DNA of 60,360 bases, filler included, from Hausera hauseri (Eukaryota), in NCBI GenBank assembly GCA_046269625.1. It is 12 parts of 12 records of this genome, joined end to end, with 100 filler letters (N's around TTAATTAATTAA, not from the genome) between each part and the next. Parts side by side here need not be neighbours in the genome. Positions count along the whole stretch, not along the records: positions 1 to 4,080 come from JBJURY010774647.1; positions 4,181 to 9,636 come from JBJURY010251070.1; positions 9,737 to 15,388 come from JBJURY010213188.1; 9 more parts are not named here. One strand, written 5' to 3'. This document shows positions 1 through 12,549 of this stretch, in pieces. Both the position numbers and the translations under genes were made by a program. The notes under the pieces are model-generated. The model made no database searches, was not told the DNA's origin, and saw only the letters and a program-made list of their open reading frames with translations. Position 1 is the first letter of the stretch, and the number at the start of each line of letters is the position of its first letter.

Positions 1-690
1 TATGTAATAACGCAAAAAGCTTGTTACATATGCTAGTAAGGCCCAGTTTAGAGAGAGTATTATAATAACCGATGATCCTATTGCTGTTCCCCTTGATAAA
101 GATATGGTCACCTTAGATAGACCCTCATACATGGGACAGGCTGGACTTGATTTTTCCCAGTTGAGAATGTATGAACTGAATTACATAGAGTTACAGTCAT
201 ATAGACGTCAGTACAATTGTGAACTAGATATTGTTTCTGGTGACACTGACCGTTGTTTTCTTGAGTATCGCGGTGTTGATTTTCGAACTCAGCTGTTACC
301 AGCAATGATAGCAAACGAGAAGTTGGACACTTTTCACTATGACGCTAAAGACCCTCTTTATTTTACTTGTTTTGCTTCAGTAATTGGAAAATTTAAGGAT
401 GAAAGTAATGGTAGTGCTGAATATCAAGAAGCCATTTTTATAAGACCAAAATCATATGCCCTCAAAACCCAAACCAAGCCAATGTTCAAATGCAAGGGTA
501 TAAATCTGAAAGAAACCGATTTGCACTTTGACAACTACTTGCAAGCATATGAGAATGGATGTGGGACAATTGTTGATTAAGAAAGGATTGGGACAAAGAA
601 CCATCAGTTAATGACCATCAGTACAAAAAAGAAAGCTTTGGACCCTTTTGATGACAAACCACATTGGATATCGAAAAACAAGTGTCATCT
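1..690 (+). pseudogene. Maverick/Polinton protein-primed DNA polymerase B, C-terminal part (disrupted)
   Basis: ORFs 104..580 and 611..817 carry pPolB motifs in order: 'RPSYMG', 'SGDTDR' (YxDTDS), 'IGKFKDE', 'RPKSYA', 'KCKGI', 'KKALDPFDDK'. A stop at 578-580 interrupts the frame. Confidence 0.85.
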
Positions 691-897
691 ATGGACATTA
701 TTGTATTCAGTGTGTAAATATTTCATTGTTTGTATGTGTTATATTAATAAATATTTGTACACACTTCTTTGTCTTCTGTTTTCTCATAGTATGCATTTAA
801 ATGTTATCAAATTTTGAGACATTTTATTTTACTTACACATGTGACACTTACACAGGGGTATTTATATCAACTTTGTATAATTTAAACAAATTGGAAC

Positions 898-1012
898 GGA
901 AATAGTGAAACCCCGGCTGGGCCAAAATTTCCCGTATTAAATATTGATTTTTATAGGGGTAGGAATAGTGATACCCCAGCTGGGCCAAAATTTCCCATAT
1001 TAAATATTGATT
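898..1012 (+). repeat. Two-copy ~63-bp direct repeat, possibly Maverick subterminal
   Basis: 'aatagtgaaaccccggctgggccaaaatttcccgtattaaatattgatt' recurs as 'aatagtgataccccagctgggccaaaatttcccatattaaatattgatt', just downstream of pPolB. Confidence 0.7.
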
Positions 1013-1984
1013 ATCGATTTCCAATCCTGGGGGGTCTCGAGATAGGAAATTTATATTGGCCCAGTGTGCTCCAATCCCCCTACTTTCAACGGTAATAAAA
1101 TAGGAAAAATATTTTCCCTTAATTAATGGGACCAACAAAACAGAAATAATCGAATTTCAAATGATGAAAAGGTATTGGAATCGAGAAATGTGCAAATCGT
1201 GAATGAAATATCAAATGTAACTGAAAGGATAAATTAAAATCAATCTTTTTAACAATATGTCCGTTTATAAAATTGCTATCCAATATAATTTATAGTAAAC
1301 TACTCAAATTTGAGATTTTTAATTTTTTTTGATAAAAATTACAATTCCATTGCTAAGGACTAATAGCATGAAATTTACATTTGAAGCGAATATAATTTTG
1401 TCTTAAACTAATATAGTCACTTTTCACATAGCAATGTTATTATTGCTAAACTGATTTCCTTGTATTAGTTGTTCATTAACAAAAGAAAAGATTTAAGCGT
1501 AATAGTTCAAACGTGGTAAATTCTTCAATCAAGAAGTAATTTATTCAATAGTGAATGACAATTTCAGTTGAAAGGTAATATGCAAATATTATTTGATATT
1601 ATTGAATTAAATTCACGAAGTTAAAAGTAAATAATCATGAGTGCGTAAAATGAAACTATTCCAGCATATCCCATTGAAGTTTATTGGTGTAAAATTTTTA
1701 CCAGTGAAAAAACTGTTTATGATTTAAACAAGTTATCAAAGTAATTTGTCTATATAGTTGATAAATGGCAAACATTTATTCAGTTTTACAAATCACTAAA
1801 ATATGAAGAAGGATATAAAAAAAGGTAAGTTTATTTCCTTTTTTTATTATATTTTTATAACTAATGGGGTAACATTGATTTAATTATTAGATACTCTCAT
1901 ATTATACTTAGTAATTTAGATAGTATTTTATTGTTTTAATTGAAATCCGCGTGCTGCACGGCATCAATATTGATTTCATTATAG

Positions 1985-2410
1985 GTTTTCACATATGAGA
2001 AATCCAATAACATCATCAGATTTTCCAAATAATTTACGCTTGATAAAATTTTCGAGTTCGAATAGCTAAATATTCGAGTTTTAAGCTCGATTTTGAATAT
2101 ATGACGTCATATTCCGATTCGCCATATATAGATTCCTATCCAACCCCACTTAAAGATTTTTCTATTTCTGCTGCACTGAGCATAAAATGTGCATTTTGCT
2201 TAATTCGATTTATTGATTATATAACAATATAGTACATTTTCATGGAATAATTTTAATGGTTAAAGGGGTTTTCGCACATGGGGAATCGAATGACGTCATT
2301 AGATTTTTCGAATAGCGCTTAGTTCAATATTCTGTCGCAAATTTTTTCGAATTCGAATATCTGACGTCATATTCAAAATTTTCATACTCAGTTTCCTATC
2401 TGTCCTCGCT
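1985..2410. repeat. Diverged ~280-bp direct duplication containing TGACGTCA palindromes
   Basis: 1986-2140 resembles 2268-2400, e.g. 'gaatatatgacgtcatattc' vs 'gaatatctgacgtcatattc'. Confidence 0.55.
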
Positions 2411-2453
2411 CAATGTATTATCGAATTTTGCTTCCTTGGGGCCAAAAAGGCTT

Positions 2454-2914
2454 ATGTACCTTCTCCCCCCTAACATCTTCAAATCGGTATTTTTCGAAAA
2501 CTATTCCATCGATTTAAATTCTAATTGCACCCTTGCATAATGCACCGTTTTTTCAATCGATTGCACCCGGTGCCATGTGCTAATCACCAACATTGGAATT
2601 ATTGGAAAACCGATATTATTGATTTCTACCCATATGCACATGTGCAAATGCACTGCACTGTGCACCAATCGATGTGGACGAATATGCACTATCGATTATC
2701 ACTTTACACCGATCGATTCGATCAATAATGCACTGTGCAACGATCGATATGTGCAAAATGCAAAAGTGCCATGGCAACGGTACCTAAAGACACTGTCGCC
2801 ATTCACGTGTCGATCGATAGTGCACCGGATGTACTACCGATTATCACATGTGCAATATCAATTTTATCTATTGCCCCCTCCCTCGGGAGGGGTGTTGTAG
2901 AGGAGAAGGTACAT
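2454..2914. mobile_element. MITE-like element with terminal inverted repeats and palindrome-rich interior
   Basis: Perfect 13-bp inverted repeat atgtaccttctcc (2454-2466) / ggagaaggtacat (2902-2914). The interior has two reverse-oriented homologues at about 11660-12400. Confidence 0.6.
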
Positions 2915-4080
2915 TTTCCCCCTACTCGTTTGCACATTACCAGTTGCATCTTCTATTCGTTTTATGAATTAACGGATTTTTCGATTTGCATTCTGTTGTG
3001 AGACGAAAATGAAAATTGAACACAAGCAAATTCCTCATAACGAATTAAGGAAGTCTTTTTGGAAACAAAGAAAGTGCGATATAAAAACAATTGTGCATTA
3101 CTGTAGTTTGTTTTTGAAAAATAGTCATAATGTCAAAGTTGTTTAACGACTTCGATCTGGAAGCATACATACTTAATAACAGCATAAAGGAAGTAAAACA
3201 CGCAATTTTCAACGTAGTTTTCGATTTGTAATGTCTTTTGACAATATTTTTCTTTTACAAAAAGATTTCTGTATGCATCGTATTCATTGCTAGGATTTAC
3301 TGGTATAATACATCACATATTTTCAAACACTAATTTGCAATAATTAACATCAGTAGCACTAAAATCATTCTTCTGAACAATTTCATCAATAAATTACGTC
3401 AATTTCGTTTCTTTTAAATTATACAAATTTGATCATCAACGATGAATGATTTAAAGTACAATTTGTGTTATTTCGGTGTTAAACTTTCAGTTTTCGTTTT
3501 GTCTTTATTTTTTGACGTATAAAATAAATTGGTCAGGAAAGGTGATTTCTGTAAATTATGAAGGGATTACCATTCGATATAGAGTTTCGACGAAATTTTC
3601 AACTGATCTGGACTCTAATTCTTGTTCGGTTTGGTACTTTTCGTACTATGGAATCATAAATGACACCACATGATGGACCGGTTGCCGAAGTGATGGTGAC
3701 ACAAGCAACAGAGGCACCACCGTATGGAATTTGTTATACTCAGACGGCAACAGCTGTGACTATTGCTTCAGTTTTTCCTGGCGTCGTCCCAAATTCTATT
3801 AATGTTGGCTTCAAAGGTCTGCCGCAACGTGTTACTTGTAGCTGACTGCGATTCATGATTATATGCACTCGATGTTATAACACTAAACTTTTTTTATTTT
3901 GTACTTCTGAAGGTTTCTCAAGACCAGACAAGATATTAATGATGCTGACTTTATATGTTGTTTAGAGAACAAAACTAATTTAACTAAATATAAAAAGGTA
4001 TATTCTTCAGACCACTATGTATTCGAACATTCTCAACTTGTTCATGGGTCAAGATTCCAATGAAATAACTTAATTCGTTA

Positions 4081-4180
4081 NNNNNNNNNNNNNNNNNNNN
4101 NNNNNNNNNNNNNNNNNNNNNNNNTTAATTAATTAANNNNNNNNNNNNNNNNNNNNNNNNNNNNNNNNNNNNNNNNNNNN
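4081..4180. other. Artificial contig spacer
   Basis: 44 N + TTAATTAATTAA (stops in all six frames) + 44 N. Confidence 0.98.
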
Positions 4181-5562
4181 GGTGGTGCTAAAATTCTCGA
4201 AGTGCAGAAATGAAACTGCAGCGCCTTGTAAAAGTAATCATGCGCCCTTAAACTTTTCCAGATTTTGTCCTGTTACAACCAAAAGCAGCTGTTTTGCATT
4301 TGGACATAATGTGAAAAACAAGACACAAAATAGTGCATAAATATGAAATGGAAAGAAACGTGATATAAATGTTGCCCTCTTATATTCTGAAACCTCTATT
4401 TGAAAAACATTTCTACCAATTACCATTAGAATTTTTCTTTTTGGTAATTGTGAGCTTTTTGAGTAAATACATTTTAGGATGTGTTACATGAATGAAAAAT
4501 TTTCCAAGGCAGTGTATATGCTGGAAATGAGAAATTTGACACGATTTATAGCACATCAGACTGGAACCTCCCATCAAAAAACACTTCATTGTCTAAAATT
4601 TTAATACATGTGAACTCATTGTTTTCAATGATTTCTTTAATCTGCTCTAATGTAAATACTAAAACACATAGAGACTTCCAACCTGGACTGCATTATTCTA
4701 CACTTATTGTACAATATTTAAAACCAAGTGTGGGATTTATGAAACATATATTACATACGTGAAGCTTCAGTATATGATGATTTAAGCTATTTTATTACAT
4801 TTTATGAACAAACTGAGCATGGTCAGATGGAGAGGAATATCCAAAACGGTCATGGAGCTTAAAGATAAAAATAATTTTCCAAATTCACGCAGTATCACCG
4901 TCAATTTTCACAACTTGTGGTGACACGTCCTGTTTGGGTAACCGGATATTTCAAAATAAAAGTCTGTGCATAGTTTGAAATACCTTTTTCTTTTTCTGTT
5001 ACGCACGTAGCGATGTTCATGTCCATGGAAATCTATAATTTAATTAAGTTTACTGACTGACTTATTGGTACAGTCACTCACACCAGACGCGTTTTGAGCG
5101 TCAGGGTCTATGGTGGACGCGCATCAAGGTGCGTCAGGATGCGCGTCACGGGCTCGTCAAACAGCGAGCCTTGTCAGTGCGCAGCGGCGTGATTAAACTC
5201 ACTACGCCGTCGTAGAAGCAGGAGATGAGGGTTGTTGTGGTGGCATCTTTATCAATAATATTTTTTTCAATATTTTAGTTTCATTGATCTAAATGATTGG
5301 CAAACATCACATTGGTTTAAGAAAAAACATCCCTAGGAATTAAAATATTGAAACATTATAAGTTGTATGTGAAATAATGCAAAGTTTCAAAAATTATTTA
5401 CGTGCATTTTAATTTATTTAAATGGCGATGTTTATGGTTTTGTTTTAAATACACATATTTGAGTTTTGTTTTTACAACATTTCCTGTGCATTTCTACATG
5501 GTATGGTATTTAATTCTTGATATTTGCACTTTTTCAAATTTTTCCTATTTAATGATTTTTCT

Positions 5563-8500
5563 ATGACAGTAAGCTAATTGTAAATTATATGCTTGTTAGT
5601 TTTAGTAATTTTGTTTTTTAAAAAATATAAATTTTTATATATAATTTTTTATCATTCTGCAATTTAAGAGTACATCTACTGCAACAGAAGTAGTGGCTAC
5701 AGCTAGTTGGCCAAGTTCCGTTTCTCAAACAACAACTACAGCAACGTGGCAAACTGGTACTGGATACGAACAATATTACAGTAATTATTACCAGAGTGTA
5801 CCTCCACCTACTTCTACTTCAACAACTGGATCTACAACATATGCGTATCCACAGGATTATAGTAAAGCTTGGGATGAGTACTACAAAGCATATTATGGAC
5901 CAAATTATGCTGCAAACGCTGCAGCAGCTGCGCAATATTCTACTCCTGGTTATGGATATGATCAATATGGATATGCAAATTTTTCAACTCCACCACCAAA
6001 TTATTACCAGGGTGTAGCATCACCTGCTTATCCGTTTACTCAGCCACCTCCTGCTGTTGATTCATCGAGTGCGTATCAAACATACTCGCAAACTGGATAC
6101 GGAGTAAATGTGGTCCCAAGTACAACGAATTGGAATCAGCCCCCTCCTAATTATAGTCAAAATGCTGTTTATTCTCAAACTCAGTCTTATAGTCAATCGG
6201 CTTCGTATATTCAACCTCCTACTTTATCATCGGCATATGAAAATCCATCTGATCAAATGTCAACCACTGAATCCAAAACAGATGCTTATGATCAGCAAAA
6301 TGCAATGAAGCAGTCAAAATTTTCATCCCAATTCACTGATCCAACCAGTCAAAATTATGGTCAATCACAATCGGCTGACAACACGAAATCTGCCAGTTAT
6401 ATGGAACAATTTCCACCTCCACCATTTGCCATGTCTTCTAAAGGTGGTAATTTCAGAGGAAGCGGTCGAGGAAGAGGTTCTGGAAGCATGGGAAATAGAG
6501 GTGAAGTTCAACAAAGTCCCAGGTATAGTGAGAATTTTAAAAAATTATCTAATTCCAGTAGTAAGTTTAGTCAGGATTCAGGTGAACCTGTGTCATACAA
6601 CACTGAAGAGGCTACTGACAAATTTATTACAGCTGATGAAGAAGAAATAAATAACGAAAATAAATCGAGCGATAATGCCGAAAGACCAACTACTGATTTT
6701 TCGGCAACTATAAATGGTCCCGATTATACTCATAATGAGACTAATGAAAATGAAGGTCATTTCAATTCGAATGAATGGGGACAAGTTAATGATACTAACT
6801 TTGACCCCTCTGGACAAGGTAATCACAAATTCATGAAACATGATGGAATGGAAAGTGCAAAATTTTCTCAGCGTCCAATGGATCAGCATGGACAGTTTGA
6901 TTCTGGACGACAAAACATGAAATTTAATGATCTCCGTCAGCCACAACGGCCTGGTGATAATTTCGGTCGTTTCCAGAAACCTTTCGACCGTCAGAATTTT
7001 GGCCAAAGGCCGGGAGACGGTTCATTTCGCCAGCCTAGACCAATGGACATGCAAGGAAATATTCAGCGTCCAGGAGATGGTTCCAGATTTAACCAGAGAA
7101 ATGATGGTTCAATGCAAATGCAGAGAGGTGATAATACAAATTTCCAACGTCCTGTGGATGATGGATTGGGTCAACACGCTCGTGCAATGGATATGTCCGA
7201 TTATGGGATGAGATCAATGGATGACTCAAGATTTCCACAAAGGCAAGATCCTCCATTCGCGCAAAGGCCAATGAACGATCAAGGACGTCAATTTAATGAA
7301 TCTGGATTTTCCAGACGAGAAATGAACTTTGGACAGCGGCAACCTAGTGATTGTGGATACGGTCGAGGACCTGGGGGTGATTCTGGGTTTTACCAACGTC
7401 AGTCGAATGATGGAGGTTTTACTCACCGAATGGGTGATGGCAGTGGATATTCTCAGAATTCTATGGACATGCGTGGTTTTCAGGATCGCAATATGGATGG
7501 AGGGAATGCGAGATTTAGACAACAGGATAGCAATATGGGCTATACTCAACGGATGGATCAAGGATTTCATGATAGGTCATCATCCGATAATATGGGATAC
7601 CAGCAACGACAAATGGATAGTAAAATCTATCCTACTCCACTGATGGATGAATTCAATTTTCCACAGCAGAACGATATGGGTCAACGAAAATTCGATGGAC
7701 CAAGGTCGCGTATGGATCACGGATTTCAGTTCAGATCGAACGATGGACTTCGTTCACAACGACAAGAAATGCAGCGGTTTAATTATAACGACAATGGAAG
7801 CCGGCAACAATTTCGTAGCCAGAGTGGTGGTGGCCCTGGTAGATCGAACATGCTGAATTCTGGAATGAACGTAAATCGGCCAAATGCATTCGGTCGCTTT
7901 CCGCAACAAGTTATGGAAAATCCGATACCTCTGATGGAGATTGATGTGAAACTGTCTATGCATGCCCCGGTTTTGCAGAGACGTCAGCATATGATAGATC
8001 AGTGGCATGAATCGATTAAGAATTCTCAAAACAGATTACCGGAGGTTTTTTATTTTTGGCCTGCCCTCAAATCAGCCCTGGCTCCAGAAATCCAAGGAAT
8101 GCTTAATACAAATTGTCATAAATCAGATGGGAACTTCTTGTGTGAATTAATGTTAGATGACATTTTCCTGGTTCAGGCAAAAGATAAATCTGAAGAAGCA
8201 GCTGTTGAAGCCGCATCAAAAATGTTATGGGAAATTCTTCAAAATCGCATGTTCGTTTTGACAGGCGCTCGTGATTTTTGTGGTGATAAAATTCCATGCT
8301 TTTGTATTGGAACTAGGTGGGACGGTATTGTTACTCTGCCACCAATATTTGGTTCATCCACAGAATTTGAATCAGATAACCACGGTGAACCAGAGGAAAA
8401 AGGTGATGCTAAAGAATGGATTGTTGAAGAACAAGACGAAACCGAACCGCCGGTTAGTTGCAGTTTCGATCAGTTATTTTTAGTGTTAGATGAGTCATCA

Positions 8501-9064
8501 AACGATAGAGATCAGTCGTTGGCTATTTTGACAGCTACCGCTAAATTTAATGATGTTACTATCGAGTACAAACATGAGAAGAAACCACAGGCACCTCACA
8601 TTAGCCAGTGTGTCATAACAGTTGACGGTAAAGAAATCGGACGCAGTGAAGCTCGTGATTATTTGGTTGCTAAACGACAAGCAGCCGAGAGAGTGGTGAT
8701 GGATTTAAGAAAAGGAAACCCGACCGTTGCTCTTCGATTAGACCAAGCAAAATTCATACCAAAATCGGATTTAAAGTTCATAGATGACAACAAAGAAGCG
8801 ACACTTCAAGAATGTCTAACAAAATATTCAACGTCAGACGATGATGTTCCATTGAAATTTGGAATTGATTTCTCGAATGATGAGAGATCTACTTTGAATT
8901 CTTTGTTATCTCAAATGGACAATATGTCGTTCAAAAGTGATAATAACGTGACATTTGTGTTCAAGAAATTCCCGATATCTATCATGAAGAAAAGATTGTT
9001 AGATCGCGGATATTGTTCCCAATATCAGTTGGTAAATAGAGGTAACGATAACAAGTCTTTGTAA
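5563..9064 (+). CDS. NKRF (NF-kappaB repressing factor)-like protein: S/Y/G/Q-rich low-complexity N-terminus, dsRBD-like domains, degenerate R3H
   Basis: The C-terminus resembles NKRF as recalled: 'ILTATAKFNDVTIEYK' and 'AKRQAAERVVMDLRKGNPTV' (dsRBD-like), 'KYSTSDDDVPLKFGIDFSNDER...RLLDRGYCSQYQLV' (R3H and tail). Probable model: exon 1 ATG ACA (5563-5568), GT..AG intron 5569-5668, exon 2 5669-9064 in frame. Confidence 0.7.
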
Positions 9065-9147
9065 ATCATTTTTAATGATTTTTTGATATGTGAAGTTTGT
9101 TTATAGTGTTACAAAATAAACGTTTTAAACAATCTTTAATTTTTTTA

Positions 9148-9419
9148 CTAAAAATTATTGTCCCAGCCACTAGTGTTTTCTTCAGTTATTTCTTCTGTTT
9201 CATCAGGGTATTCATCAAAGTTACTGTGATCAGTTGGTGACGATATCTACGATTAATTTGTAATCGAATGGTACAGAACTATGACTAACATATGGAACTA
9301 TTGGAGCTTGGAAAACTCGGGCATTCAGTCCGTCCCAATCGAATGATTCGAACCAAATGTGCTTCTGACATGCTTTGATTCCTTCTGACCTGTATCCCAG
9401 TCTGTCATTAGGATTATCT
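9148..9419 (-). CDS. cGMP-dependent protein kinase (PKG), last two exons
   Basis: Exon 9419-9290 'RDNPNDRLGY...KHIWFESFDWDGL...APIVPY', 43-nt GT..AG intron 9289-9247, exon 9246-9148 'ISSPTDHSNFDEYPDE...SGWDNNF*'. This is the PKG-type AGC kinase tail. Confidence 0.9.
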
Positions 9420-9636
9420 CTATAAATTAGTATTCTGTTAGAACAAACGTCTATATACACCAATATTACCGTAATTTTCGCACTATAAGTCCCTCCTGCA
9501 TACAGAGAAAACCATAAATACATTCATTGAACTATAGACGCAGTGCCGTCATATAGTTCCAAGAAAAATAAAAAATTAAGTATATAATTTTGATAAATGT
9601 CAGACTGGCAATGACGCCAGCAAATAACATAAACGG

Positions 9637-9736
9637 NNNNNNNNNNNNNNNNNNNNNNNNNNNNNNNNNNNNNNNNNNNNTTAATTAATTAANNNNNNNN
9701 NNNNNNNNNNNNNNNNNNNNNNNNNNNNNNNNNNNN
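9637..9736. other. Artificial contig spacer
   Basis: N44-TTAATTAATTAA-N44. Confidence 0.98.
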
Positions 9737-10110
9737 TTATTAAACCATAGTAAATAAAAACTAATCTGCACGACTACCTTGACTTCGGCACATTACATGC
9801 AGAATAGATAAGTAAGATTCCCACACGATTACCCGAACGTCATCACTAGCCGTAAATCCATCAATATCTAGTGCACGATATCTGTTCACCCGTTGATTTA
9901 TTTGAGATAGTTAAATTTAGCAAAAGCTCTACAACACAAATTAACGGGGTTTGAAAAAAATGCTGCTGTAACCTGGGATCATAACCTTTCCTTAAGAAGA
10001 AATAAAAAGTTTTCAAGATAACGACCAGGAAAACTAGCAGATACGAAGAAAATCACGATATACCCCTTGAACTAAAGTATTTATATTATCTGAGTGAAGA
10101 TGAAACTGAG

Positions 10111-11590
10111 ATGGAAAATTGTAATTCTTATATAGTAGAACAAGTGATTCAGTCAAAGTCTGATTTTTCATTACTTCTAAAGAAATTTTCTGGTAAAGGG
10201 GATGTACAAGATTTCATACTGAAATATGAGGTATACTCTAAGAGTACGGTATACCCTAAGTACACAGAGGTTACTTCTCCATTTCAATGGAACAGCTCTG
10301 GCCATATTTTGAAATGTTTGATTCCGACAAGAATTACTGGAAAGCCGTTAAAGAAAAGTTGCCACAAAAGTTTTTGATTAACTCCACTAGAAGGTGGAGA
10401 ATGGAATAATTTATAAGACGAAGGCAACGTAAAGACGAATCTGTTCAAGAATTTGTTTGAGCTTTAGAGAAACTGGCTGCAAGAACATATACATACGTAG
10501 TAACACGAAATAATTCCCTATTGGCTCAGTTCCAATATGGACTGAAAGAAAATTTGAGAAAGATTATTTCTCAAGCTGATCCACGTACGTTTTAAGAAGT
10601 TGCAAGGAAAGCGCGTAAAGCTAAAATAGACGCTGAACTGAACAAATGGGATAAACCGACAGATTATAACAAAAATTTTGATAAACATAAGAATAATAGC
10701 ACGCAAAAATGTCAAGTATACTATAGAAATCGAACCCCTTCTCAAACATCACTTACGGAATCTGGTTCAGATGTAGAGAAGAAATTTAAGATTTAAGTTC
10801 AAGAATGATGGCGAAAAATCGAGTTATAAAAAGAAATACCCTAACAAGGATAGACGCAAATATAGATTCAGAGGGCAGATTAAAGTGTTACAATTGTAAC
10901 ATGCGGTGATACTGATAAAACAAACAGGTCTCGGAAGAGGGAACCTCCAACGAATGATAGAAAAAATAAAAAGGATTATACATTAGCCACACTGGATGAA
11001 TCATCCGTTAGAGAATATGAAACATCAGTTAGTGTTAGTGAACACGAAAATAAGATATAAGAAGAAACTGTTAATTAAGTTAATTAATTAGAAAAGAGGG
11101 CGAAAGAAGAGTTATACTAGCGAGTTTACAGCAGATGAAAGTGAGAAAGAAGCATAACCTGTAAAGATATTTGATGAAGCAAAACCTGTGCAAGTGATAA
11201 AAGATACGGAAGTAGATTTAGACGCCGGAAGTGAAATAATTGAAGCCGTAATCGCCACAAACCCGGAAAACAGTCGACGTGGGTACATCAACGACTTCAA
11301 TACTCCAATTAATAGATAATAATTTATCGGCGGTTAAAATGAAATCTTATTTCAATTGTTATTACTTGCTCATGATACTAGCCCTTACGAGGTATAAAAG
11401 AGACAGTACTAGCCAAAGCAGCCGAGGCTGAGAAAGGAAGAAACGAGTTTATTAGACTAACATAGAAAAGGGGAAATCAATGTATAAGTCATCAGAATGA
11501 ATGAAAATACGTGAGAAAATAAAAGAGCTGGTACCGTTTTACATGGAGAAAATGTGTGTATTAAATTTTTACGGAAGGACGTTGTATAGT
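10111..11590 (+). pseudogene. Degenerate Ty3/Gypsy gag with extended C-terminal region
   Basis: Across frameshifts: 'KKFSGKGDVQDFILKYEVYSK', 'RRQRKDESVQE', 'LEKLAARTY', 'LLAQFQYGLKE', 'CYNC' knuckle remnant. Colinear with the gag at 16662-17666. Confidence 0.7.
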
Positions 11591-11659
11591 TGTGATTAGG
11601 GAGAAAATACCGCTTCGCCCTCATTCGATAATCCATTAAATTCAATAAAATCAATACTG

Positions 11660-12400
11660 CTCATATGAAAATCGATAGTGCATTCGGAGCACTATCGATC
11701 GGTAAAGTGTGCCGCTAGGCACCGTCGCTGAATATTGCACTATTGGTCGAATCGATGAACACAAAGTGCTAATCGATAGTGCGCATCAAGGTGTATCGAT
11801 TGGTGCACGGTGCAGGTGCACTGCACATGTGCAAGTGTGCAAAAATCAATAATATGGGATTTCCGATAATTCCAATAATGATGATTAGCATCCAGCACCG
11901 GGTGCAATCGATAGCAAATATGATTCTATGTGAATGTGCAATTAGAATTTAAATCGATCAATTAGTTTTAGATGAAATGCCAACTGAGACAGAACCCCTA
12001 TAGGCCTTTACGGTATAAAATAAAAATCGATAAAACCGAAACTGCGCACATACTAATTGATAGTGCACCCTGTTGACTACCGATCGGGAAATGCTCATGA
12101 AGGAAGTCTTCTAGGTCACTGTTACCATGGCACTTTTGCGCGTTTCACATATTTGTCGCTGTGCGGCTCAGCAATGTTCGAATCGATCGGGACCAAGTGC
12201 TAGTGGATAGAGCATATCTAGATGCATCTTGGTGTGTCCGGTGCAGGGCACACACACGTCCAAGTGTACAAAAATCAAAATATGGGTTTTCCATAATTCT
12301 AATATTGATGATTAGCACATGTGATCGGATATGTTCGAGCACAAATACGATGCACTATATGAATGTGCAATCAGAATGTAAATCGATCTATTGGATTTCT
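11660..12400 (-). repeat. Two diverged tandem copies of the palindrome-rich repeat at 2500-2870
   Basis: 'gtgcaattagaatttaaatcgat' (~11936) and 'gtgcaatcagaatgtaaatcgat' (~12365) match the reverse complement of 'atcgatttaaattctaattgcac' (2508-2530), with further shared blocks. Confidence 0.75.
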
Positions 12401-12549
12401 AATAATATCAATGCAAAGTACATAGGTGGGATGGAAACGCACGGAAACGGACACATTACAGTGTGACATATGCAACCTGGAAGCCAAGTTCGGCCGTTAA
12501 GTGACTAACCAAGAACGAGTCTACAGGGCGAAGGAAGCTCTTCAAGTGA

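Noticed and set aside
4125-4136. Recurrent TTAATTAATTAA as a biological motif
   Set aside because: Always centred in a fixed run of Ns; it is a joining linker.
5796-8680. Overlapping alternate-frame and antisense ORFs within the 1123-aa ORF
   Set aside because: Shadow ORFs with no recognisable motifs.
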